Shown: positions 1 to 8,617, counted from the first letter of the stretch. The stretch is DNA of 11,467 nt from Azolla caroliniana (GCA_043228905.1 JBHGNT010001156.1:1-11467), one strand, 5' to 3'. The notes: generated by a model from the letters alone, not told the origin. Numbers and translations are program-made.

Positions 1-1899
1 ATGTGGGGGACTGGTACCCCACATCTCCACCAATATGTGAAATGCACATAAGAGATCAAAACCAGTCTACTTAGCTTCTTACTTCTTAATCAATTTATAG
101 TTGATACAACGAAACCCATTTGGGTTGGCTTGGCTAAACAGGGTGTGCTAAAAGGGTGGGCCAACTTGAGCACATGCATCCTAAAAAGGGTGAGCTAAAA
201 GGGTGGCACAAAGGAACACATGCACACCACAATAGGATAGCTATGTACTTTAAAAACCCAATCTTTCAAAATTCATTTCACCATTACAAAGTGTAGCAAT
301 CATTTTAGCAGTCCCTACCTCACACCATATCATTTTCATCTTTGGAATAAGTGAATGAGCCATAATAGTATATTATATTAGGTCTTATTGGTCATAATGC
401 CTCGATCATAGGCCGTAAAACACTTATTCTCATTCCTCCTCCCCTTTACACTTGATCTATAATGTCCTCATGTTTTCACCCCCCCTAAACAACTAAAACA
501 AAAATCTCATCTCTCATCAAGTAACCATCAAATGGTTCATTGACATAGATATTGGCATCAACGCGAGAAAACAATGTAACCAAAGAGAAAGAACACATAG
601 AACATAGGAAAGCTCCTTTGTCCCCCTAATGTGAAAAGGGACAAGGGTAAAAAGCATTTAAATGTCAAGGGAAGTATAAAAGACCACTTTTGGCTCTTCC
701 TAGTTATATGATTTTTTAGTGTTAAGCTCAACCCAATTTCTCTCCCTCTCCTCTTAATCCACCTCAAGCAATTTGATAAATTCGTAAGAAGTTGATCTTC
801 TTGTATTACAATTGGAGGTGATGTTTCATTGAATAGTATTGTTTAACTTGATAAAAGTGTCGATTAAGTCTTCTTGATTAAGTTGAGTACATGGGTAGTT
901 AATGAAGTGCTCACTTTTGTAGTTAGAATTGATGCCATCGAGTTTAAATACAATTGACATACATATCTACTTGTCCCACCCAAGATAGAGTTGATGTTGG
1001 TTTGACCTTGTTAAACAATCTTAGTGTAGAGAAAAGACTCCGTTGACAAATATGTATGCATAGGAAGAATCCCTAAGCTGACATACAACTCTTTCAACTT
1101 CTCCTTGGTCAATTATGGTGCAAACCTTACCAACTTGCGTGTTGCATGTATATGGTTTTCTATGCCAATGTTAGCTTAGGTTAACACCCTAGATCTTATA
1201 CGTGTTGAGCCTTTTACCTATAAATTTCCCATTTTCATCACCCCTTAATATGAAAATTACGGAATTGTCTTTACCTTACCACATTAGGTATACACACACG
1301 TGTGGTTGTCATTGTCTATAGCCAATTGTATGTAACATCCATCCCAAAGTCATACTTTATAGATCTTCATTTGTTAATTATTTCCTCTCATTGACATTAT
1401 CTTTGTTGCTTTGCTCTTATCGAAACTCGTGATTTTCGATAGTGGAATTTTGTGTCTCACATAGTTGAATTAGACACGTTGTCTAATGTTTACTAATCAA
1501 CACATTATATCTTTAATAATTAAGTTAGGTCATGACTCAGGATGAGAGCTACATACCTCCTCCAAGTGGTTACACTATCAACTGTCCACAACTATCTTAT
1601 CAAAATTGAGGTTGTGTTACTCGAAAGCTATAAAAATATTGATTTTTAGTGTTTGAAACAAATATTTAAAATCAAAATCCATACTGCACATAATGTATAA
1701 AAATGTTACCTTTTTGTATTGAAAAAAGTGTAGACTTAAATATTTTAAAAAAAATATATATGTTAAATAATGCAAGACCATCAAATTCTCTATAACAATC
1801 TATTGCTCTCCTCTATGTTCCTTTTAGATTTATTAATAGTAACAAAGCTTAACAATTTGGGGAATATTAAGGAAAGGGTAAAACGTGCATGGTTATTAC

Positions 1900-2013
1900 C
1901 AGTGTTGGGCAAAGTTTGTAGCCTCTACCGGAAATTTTCCTGCTTCTCATGAACCTAACCGGAATTTTAAAATTTTGGCCGGCCACGTTCCTACCAACGA
2001 CAATGTCAACCGG
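1900..2013 (+). repeat. Left TIR plus CCGG-containing subterminal motifs
   Basis: TIR at 1900-1915. CCGG at 1928, 1959, 1979 and 2010, mostly as ACCGGAA. TCCTACCAAC (1989-1998) is the inverse of GTTGGTAGGA (4164-4173). Confidence 0.85.
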
Positions 2014-2135
2014 AACATGTTGAAATTTTTTTTGGCCGCATAACCAAAAAAAATCTAATGCAATACCAAATCAAATCAATCACAAAATTTTGGAACCCAA
2101 AAACTAAAGATATATATTTACCAAAAAAAATTCTA

Positions 2136-2195
2136 ACACTTTAGAGATACACTTTAGAGATACACTTTAGAGATTTTGAGATACACTTTAGAGAT
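2136..2195 (+). repeat. 13-bp tandem minisatellite (ACACTTTAGAGAT) inside the hAT element
   Basis: Exact units at 2136-2148, 2149-2161, 2162-2174 and 2183-2195, with a partial unit TTTGAGAT at 2175-2182. Confidence 0.9.
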
Positions 2196-2755
2196 CACAA
2201 AAACTTAAGATATAAATTAGAATTGATTTACAAATGGGAGTAATGGACAGAAATTGATTTGCAATGGTATGAAGTTTTAATTCATGCACATAAAGATTTT
2301 TGCCAAGAAAGACATCATATTCAACACATAGAATCACATGTTGCTAATGTAAATTTCCAAACAAGAAATATGTCAAAAAGAAGGAAATCATAGCTAAAAT
2401 CATTTCAAATATGTCAAGAAATTCGTTTTCCCACAATGCATCTAGTAGGAAAGATAAGTCGAAAAGAAAATGTCTAGTCCTGACTCCTACCTGTTGAAAG
2501 GATTAAAAATTATGCTAAACATAGGAGCCTCAAGCGACCAACTCAATCTACTAGACTTTACATTTCATAGATTCACATCCATGATCTTCCCTCACGCTAA
2601 AGTTGGGCTTATTACTTATCGCCCCACCTTAACCTTAATCATAACTACTGATATTAATGAGATCCATACATCTATGCAATGACTAAACTTTCTTAGTAAT
2701 CTAGTGAAAAATCTGTCTTTTTATCATACATACTAGATTTAAGCATATTATAAGT

Positions 2756-3622
2756 ATGGGTTGTTCATCTTCAAAGTCGTTAGGAAGAAAGAGGAGAGGA
2801 ACAGAGTATTTTGTTCCACAAAAAGCCATTACTAATGGTACTAGTACTAGTACTAACTCTAGTAATGTTATGAATAAAAGCTGGTATGCCCCTGTTTCAA
2901 GAACTGTATCAGAACCCATAAATTATCATCATATTGAAGAAGAAGATGAAGAAAAAGAAGAAGAAAGTGAGAGAAACAAAGTGAAAGACAGGCATCATGT
3001 CGTTCCCCTTGCTTCTAGATCAAGCTATGGTTTTCTCAAGCTCAGTGACAAAAAGGATGATTTGGGCCACATTTATAATAAACTCAAATCATTCAGAATA
3101 GAGCTTAATCCGATCATTGAAGAAGAACAAGAGGAAGAGCAAGAAGGTATGGGTCACCCTGATCAACATAGCATTCATGCTGATAATGGTGTAGATCAAT
3201 TGGAAACTATTAATGCATGGGAGCTAATGGAAGGATTAGATGATGATGATGATGATATTGATGATGGTCATGGCCATTGGGATGGTCATGGTCTTGGTCT
3301 TGGTCAAGAAGGAGGAAAGCCTCTAAATATAGAAAGGTCTTTATGTTTTAATAGGATCCATGATCTGGAATCTTGCTTTGATCGAGAGGCTAATTCACCT
3401 CTATGGAAACCTTATAATGACTTCACAAGACAAAAACCTAAAATGCAGCATCCTCACCATCAACATAGGAGGTTCAAATCTTGTGAAGGCCTTGATGTAA
3501 TGCTAGAAGAAGAAGAAGAAGAAGAAGAAGAAGAAGAAGAAGAGAAGGAACAATATGATTGTTATTCTTACATGAAAAAACCTATGAAGTCTACTACCAT
3601 ATATACAACAATGGGGATTTAA
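2756..3622 (+). CDS. Transposon-captured, C-terminally truncated ORF (288 aa) resembling the N-terminal region of plant At5g39865/At3g28850-like glutaredoxin-domain proteins; possibly a pseudogene fragment
   Basis: Uninterrupted ORF starting MGCSSSKS (N-myristoylation/palmitoylation-type MGCxxS). HHVVPLASRSSYGFLKL resembles the family motif HVVSLTSSTYGxL, and ETINAWELMEGLDD matches ETINxWELMxGL. Acidic poly-E/poly-D tracts are present. The family's C-terminal GRX domain and CxxC repeats are absent. Lies entirely within the TIR element. Confidence 0.75.
   Translation: MGCSSSKSLGRKRRGTEYFVPQKAITNGTSTSTNSSNVMNKSWYAPVSRTVSEPINYHHIEEEDEEKEEESERNKVKDRHHVVPLASRSSYGFLKLSDKKDDLGHIYNKLKSFRIELNPIIEEEQEEEQEGMGHPDQHSIHADNGVDQLETINAWELMEGLDDDDDDIDDGHGHWDGHGLGLGQEGGKPLNIERSLCFNRIHDLESCFDREANSPLWKPYNDFTRQKPKMQHPHHQHRRFKSCEGLDVMLEEEEEEEEEEEEEKEQYDCYSYMKKPMKSTTIYTTMGI
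3506..3541 (+). repeat. (GAA)12 microsatellite encoding poly-Glu
   Basis: Directly visible and in frame within ORF 2756-3622. Confidence 0.95.
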
Positions 3623-3831
3623 TTTCTTCATTTTTGCACAAAAATAGAGCTTTTATTAGCCATGCATAAAGACCTCAACATGCAATATAATTATGAAAGA
3701 ATTAGATAATTGAATGTTTTATTATAGCTCATCTCCAACAATAATGAGCACAACCTCAAGAGACAAGACATTGTTTAGCTAGAGGAAAGCCAAAATACAT
3801 ACCTCATAAGAAAAATGAGCAAAATCCATAC

Positions 3832-4097
3832 CTGAGAGTGGTGGTTTGTGCACATGGAAGAACAAGTAGGGAGCAGTGACCAGGGAACAAGGAGTATCGA
3901 TCAAAGAGTAGAGACCAAGGAATAGGGAGCAGGGAACGGGAAGCAACAATAGGGATAAGCAAATAACGACTGTGAGCAGCGAACAGGGATCAAGAAACGT
4001 AAGGTCTCGAGTCTCGACTCTTGACTCTCAGGAGGGAAGAAAGGGGGAAAGAGGGGGAAAGAGGGGGAAAGTTAAAACTATATTTTTGTTATATATA
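3832..4097 (-). promoter_or_regulatory. Putative inward-facing (minus-strand) transposon promoter and pyrimidine-rich first exon ending in a splice donor
   Basis: On the minus strand: TATATATAA (4097-4089), then a C/T-rich leader from ~4071, then CAG|GTATGG at 3832/3831 (alternative GAG|GTATGT at 3803/3802). Inferred from motif order only. Confidence 0.4.
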
Positions 4098-4126
4098 CAT
4101 ACCTATATTTTTAAAAAACTATATAA

Positions 4127-4275
4127 CTAGCCGGTTGGAAAAATATCAACCGGCTAGATTCCTGTTGGTAGGATAACCTGGCCGGAATCAATTCCGGCAT
4201 TCCCCCACCTTGGCCGGCAAAAGTCCCAATGCAACCGGAAGGCTGACACTGTTCCTGGGACTTTGCCCAACACTG
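4127..4275 (-). repeat. Right TIR plus CCGG-containing subterminal motifs and an 11-bp inverted repeat
   Basis: CCGG at 4131, 4150, 4182, 4194, 4214 and 4235. CTAGCCGGTTG (4127-4137) and CAACCGGCTAG (4147-4157) form a perfect inverted repeat. TIR at 4260-4275. Confidence 0.85.
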
Positions 4276-4946
4276 GTTATTACTACATCAAACATCTAAA
4301 GACCAAGTAATGGTTAATTAAACCATGACAATGCTACAATTGTGAATAGTTAGAAAATGCTTAAGGAGTTATTATAGCTACTTGTTCTAGCCACACATGA
4401 TAGCCACTAAAATATGTTGCCATGATGCGTGTCCAACCTAAATGATTATATAAACATATGTTTGGGTAAGTGTCACTTGTTCAAAAATATAAAGTTGCAA
4501 GTATAGGTTGTCATATAATTAGATTATCAATGGGGATAGTGGCTCTTCTATAGGCCCGCCTTCTATAGGTCTACTAAGCATTTTCTTACAAAGTGTCTTT
4601 GAGTCAATATACCGACACTATAGACGCTCCAACTTCTAATAAGATCTCTTCTAATTGAGATAATGATGATGGAAAATGTTGTAGAATTCATAATCAATAT
4701 TTGAGTTAGACACCCTAAGTTTGTTGTTGTCAAATTCTTAATCTCTAGAATTAGACAAGAACAAACACTTAAGGAAAATAATTAACCACATTGATTCACA
4801 AAGACAATCTGATACCACTAAAATTTCCGATGTTTTAACAATATGTGCTTGGAGTCTCCATATGTTTATATTGTTGTTCACTACAAAGATACAATGATAT
4901 CTATCAATGTTAAGGTAAGGAGAGAAGAGGACATAGAGTGTGTGTT

Positions 4947-5261
4947 TGAAGGTAAACCTGCCCAAATAATTTATGGGATTTGGACAGAGATTGTGCATAA
5001 TCTCAGAGGTTCTTTGGATAATATAAAAATTAATACGCAAGCGGAGCTCAAGCGAATGGAGTTTCATGTTATCTGGGATAGAGGCATATTTTATAGGCAA
5101 ATTTCAATAAGGTGGAGTGGTTCTACTTTACACCAAAGTATTTATTTAAGCCGACGGTTAGAATTTAGAAAAAAAAGTGCTCTTTGGTACATCTTGTATG
5201 TACATATGGCCTTAGGGCAGTTTCTTAATAGAAATGTAGTATCTTTTTTTTGGAAAAAGAG
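4947..5261 (+). mobile_element. 5'-truncated non-LTR retrotransposon (LINE) fragment: extreme C-terminus of ORF2 plus 3' UTR
   Basis: Absent from copy 2 (~9440-9465). Flanked by 21-bp direct repeats AGAGGAC(A/G)TAGAGTGT(G/A)TGTT at 4926-4946 and 5262-5282 (19/21 identical). Translates as FEGKPAQIIYGIWTEIVHNLRG...EFHVIWDRGIFY, then frameshift, NKVEWFYFTPKYLFKPTVRI* (stop 5166-5168). This Trp-spaced pattern resembles plant L1-type ORF2 C-termini as I recall them. Short A-rich 3' end. Confidence 0.7.
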
Positions 5262-5382
5262 AGAGGACGTAGAGTGTATGTTGATTCAAGGTGTGGACAA
5301 AACTAAGCGCACATCTTGAATCTTGGTAGAAGTCATGCCTCCTTGCCAATGTCACATTATGAGACCAATTTAACCTCTATTG

Positions 5383-6152
5383 TGTTGGGGCTTGTCCACT
5401 CAAGTGGAGCCCACATCAACTAGAGTTTGCTGAGCATCGAACTGTCGTGGGGCCAAAAAGGAGAAAAGAGAGCAAAATAGAAAATTGTGGGAAGAACAAA
5501 AAAACAGAAAACAAAAGAGGGAGCAAGAGGAAGAGTGGACTACTGACGTAGAGACAGAGATCTATGAGGGGTTGTTCGTGTTATCGAAGAACCACAATTG
5601 AACAACACTTGTCCTGTGTACTTGTTTCAGGTTTCTTCGTTTTATGTTTTTATAGTTTTCGTTTTTCTTTGGTTTATCCACCCAATCGGGTGAGGATCGT
5701 AGCCAAGGTTGTTGCCTTGAAGCTAATATATTTCCTCTAGACAAAAACCTAGAGAGACTAGCACATTCCTTGTGCTTATTGTTATTGTATCCACCCAATC
5801 GGGTGACGATTGTAGCCAAGGCTGCTGCCTTGAGGCTCGGACATTTCTCTAGTCAAAACCTAGAGAGTTCGTACGCAGTTTGCAATCCTTGTTATTCTAT
5901 CTACCCAATTGGGTGAAGGTTGTAACCAAGGCCATTGCCTTGAGGTAGATACACCCCTCTAGTGAGGTCGTATTCCATTGTACTCAAAATTATAGTGAAT
6001 TTGTTTGGAACCTACGGTTCTCGTGGTTTTCCCTACTTTGGGTTTTCCACGTTAAAATTTTTGGTGTACTCTCATTTTCGTCTCGTGGTTTCATCAAGTG
6101 TTAATTGTGTTTGAAGTTTAAATCATCCCGATTTAGTCTCATATTCCCAACA
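5383..6152. mobile_element. Solo LTR (770 bp) of an LTR retrotransposon
   Basis: Begins TGTTGGG (5383) and ends CCCAACA (6152): TG..CA ends with a 7-bp inverted repeat. 5-bp TSD TATTG at 5378-5382 and 6153-6157. Single TATTG empty site at 9562-9566 in copy 2. No coding capacity recognised. Confidence 0.92.
5675..5962 (+). repeat. ~110-113 bp tandem repeat (about 2.6 units) within the solo LTR
   Basis: Units start at 5675, 5788 and 5898 (TATC(C/T)ACCCAAT(C/T)GGGTGA...CCAAGG...GCCTTGA...CTCTAG). Confidence 0.9.
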
Positions 6153-6407
6153 TATTGTTATCGACGTATGCAATAATTATTATCATTGTCTCATGTTTCT
6201 AAGATACTAATGATCACATTAATGACTTAGACAAACTCTACTAACATCTCATAGTGATAATTTAACAAAGAGATAAAGGACTTAATCTAAACACTTGAAG
6301 TACTTAAGCTGCAAGAAAGAACACAGAGAATAGCCACACTAGTATTATTGAAATTAACCATGCTTAATACAAGTGATTAACATAAGGCATTGTGTAAAGC
6401 ATATCTT

Positions 6408-6431
6408 AGAGAGAGAGAGAGAGAGAGAGAG
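6408..6431 (+). repeat. (AG)12 microsatellite
   Basis: Directly visible; the paralogous site at 9820-9847 is (TG)8(AG)6. Confidence 0.95.
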
Positions 6432-6572
6432 TAGTTGAAGTCTAAAGTAGGGAAAGTGCAAAAAATAATACGGCAAGAGCCAAAAAGTTGGGTTTATATT
6501 TCCATTATATGTATTTAAGTTATTTTGCCATTGTTCCCTTCCACATTGTTGGGACAAAGATCCTTTCCTAGG

Positions 6573-6697
6573 TTTTACATGTCTTCTTTTGTTGTTTTAT
6601 TGTAATTACCTTATCCTAGTGGTAAGTTGTTTCTTCTTTTTTTTTACATTTCTTTTGTTGTTTTATTGTAATTACCTTACCCTAGTGGTAAGTTGTT
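6573..6697 (+). repeat. Local ~57-bp direct duplication
   Basis: TTTTACAT...TTCTTTTGTTGTTTTATTGTAATTACCTTA(T/C)CCTAGTGGTAAGTTGTT at ~6573-6631 and ~6642-6697. Confidence 0.85.
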
Positions 6698-6750
6698 ACA
6701 CTATCAAGCCATAGGTCTTGGCTATGGTACCAATTTTATGGCCTCTCTAT

Positions 6751-7086
6751 TACTCTATACATATCCTCTTACTTTACTATATGCCAATGTGACATGTAGG
6801 GGTTAAGACCATGACTTCTTGGTCTCTATTGGGCAACCTTACCAACCGAGCTACATGCCTTACTCTATACATATCCTCTTAGTTTACTAGATGCCAACAT
6901 GAAATGTAAGAGTTGAACCCATGACTTCTTGGTCTCTATTGGGCAACCTTACCAACTGAGCTACTTGCCAAGTTGCCTTACTCTGTATATGTGATCTTAC
7001 TTTATTAGACGGCACTATGAAATGTAGGGGTTGAACCCATGACTTCTTGGTCTCCATTGGGCAACCTTACCAACCGAGCTACATGC
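6751..7086 (-). mobile_element. Tandem trimer (~110-118 bp units) of a tRNA-derived SINE-like element with Pol III A and B boxes
   Basis: Units start at 6751, 6861 and 6979. Minus-strand A-box TAGCTC(A/G)GTTGG at 6842-6853, 6952-6963 and 7070-7081. B-box GGTTCAAC(T/C)C at 6910-6919 and 7028-7037 (degenerate in the leftmost unit), ~32 nt downstream of the A-box. No convincing cloverleaf, so not a tRNA gene. Confidence 0.7.
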
Positions 7087-7504
7087 TCCTCTCTCTCTCT
7101 CTGTCTATACCTCTCATACACACTACATTTTTTTCCTGGTGCCAATGCAAATGCCAAGTTCATGTTGGTGAATTGTCCAAAATCCCTCGTGGTCAAATGT
7201 GAAATGAGTACACAATTTAGGGGTATCGCTTCACATGGTGTAATACTAAGTTTTCAATGTCGAGGAACCAACACACATCTAGAGCGATATGCTAAGTTGT
7301 CAACTGGAAACTTCAACCTAATACTTGGTCGGGTCATAGAGAACAACTAGATAAATTCTTAGGATAAACTTAGAAAGCTATGAGAGAATAATCAATCCTA
7401 TGAGTGCAAAAAAGGACAAAGACACGAATATTCAAACTGATGTGAGACATAAAAGGCAAAACAATGAACGTTTTACACCTTCACATTCTCACCTTGAGCT
7501 TGAG

Positions 7505-7651
7505 TCTTGGCTTTTTTGAGGATATTTGCAATTTAGTGCTCAAATTTGAGGTACTTTTGATATTATAAACTTTTCACGAAATATTGATAGTAAACTTGTA
7601 GATGTTTGGTTGTGACATGAAAACTAGTTTTTTTGCCAGTGTGATGGAGCT
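7505..7651 (-). pseudogene. Duplicated C-terminal fragment of Ty1/copia RNase H (degenerate)
   Basis: Minus strand with frameshifts gives SSITLAKK..FHVTTKHLQVYYQYF..IANILKKA; paralogous to ~10515-10652. Confidence 0.7.
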
Positions 7652-8617
7652 TTGAATCAACCTCTAGTACATTGGTAATTAATGAATTGCCCACTTTTGT
7701 AGTTAGAATTAATGTCAATGAGTTTAAATATAATTGACACCCATATCTACTTGTCCCACCTAAGATAGAGTAGACGTTGGTTCGACCTTGTTAAACAATC
7801 TTTTTGTAGAGAAAAGACTCCGTTCACAAATATGTATGCATAGGAAGAATCCCTAAGGTTGACATACACCTCTTTCAACTTTTTCTTGGTCAATCATGGT
7901 GCAAACCAATAAATGGCATGTTTTGCATGTTTATGGTTTTCTATGCCAACTTTTGCTTAGGTTGACACCCTAGATCTTATATGTGTTGAGCCTTGACCTC
8001 TAAATTTCCATGTTCATCACCCCTTAATATGCAAATTATGGAAAAATGTCTTCACCTTAGCACATTGGGTATATATACACATGTGGTGGTCATTGCCTAT
8101 AGCCAATTGTATATAACATCCATCCCAAGTAATACTTTGTCGTTCTTCATTTGTTAATTTGTTTTGCCAATGATTTCCTCTCAGTGTCATTATCTTTTTT
8201 TCTTTGCTCTTATCGAAATTTGTGATTTTCTATAGTGGAATTTCCTGTTTGTGTCTCACAGAGTTGAATTAGACACATTGCCTATTGTTCGATAATCATC
8301 ACATTACTAATTGATATCTTTAATCATTAGGTTATGTCATGACTCATTATGATAGCTACATACCTCCTCCAAGTGATTACACCATCAACCGTCCACAACT
8401 ATATTGCCAAAATTGTAGGTGTGTTACTCAGAAACTATACAAATCTTGATTTTTAGTGTTCGAAACAAATATTTAAAATCAAAATGCATACCATACATAA
8501 TGTATAAAAATGTCACCTTTGTGTATTGAAAACTGTCTAAACTCTTAAGTAGTTTTCTTAAAAAATATGTTAAATAATAAAAGGGTATCAAATTCTCTAC
8601 AAAACAATCTATTACTC

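Larger units (their letters stand above)
1900..4275. mobile_element. Non-autonomous hAT-superfamily DNA transposon carrying a captured host gene fragment (Pack-hAT), 2376 bp
   Basis: Perfect 16-bp TIRs CAGTGTTGGGCAAAGT (1900-1915) and ACTTTGCCCAACACTG (4260-4275). 8-bp TSD GTTATTAC at 1892-1899 and 4276-4283. Single-copy GTTATTAC empty site at 8785-8792 in the paralogous copy. An 8-bp TSD with short CAG-starting TIRs is typical of hAT. No transposase ORF seen. Confidence 0.92.
886..7651. repeat. Tandem segmental duplication, copy 1 (expanded by three TE insertions)
   Basis: Collinear with 7666-10652 from AGTACAT(G/T)GGTA (886/7666) to GGAGCT (7651/10652). 901-1020 vs 7681-7800 shows 13 mismatches in 120 bp by manual count; the central parts look more diverged. 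Confidence 0.93.

Noticed and set aside
1900-4275. Pack-MULE or CACTA classification of the TIR element
   Set aside because: The TSD is 8 bp (the empty site has a single GTTATTAC) and the TIRs are only 16 bp beginning CAGTG. MULEs typically have long TIRs with 9-11 bp TSDs; CACTA elements begin CACT(A/G) with 3-bp TSDs.
4843-5319. 158-aa plus-strand ORF as a real gene
   Set aside because: It spans both junctions of the LINE-like insertion, is absent from copy 2, and the LINE-like frame shifts near 5105; it is a chance chimera.
5675-7086. ~110-bp repeat arrays as CRISPR-like arrays
   Set aside because: Whole units are homologous with no unique spacers, no cas genes are present, and the context is eukaryotic TE sequence.
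7015-7088. Functional tRNA gene on the minus strand
   Set aside because: A and B boxes are present but acceptor, anticodon and T stems do not pair convincingly; better explained as SINE-like.
7039-7350. Paralogous 103-aa ORFs (7039-7350 and 10054-10365) sharing STQFRGIASH and IENN*
   Set aside because: The similarity follows from the DNA duplication. The starts are unrelated, both run through microsatellites, and the middles are in different frames, so there is no sign of coding constraint.
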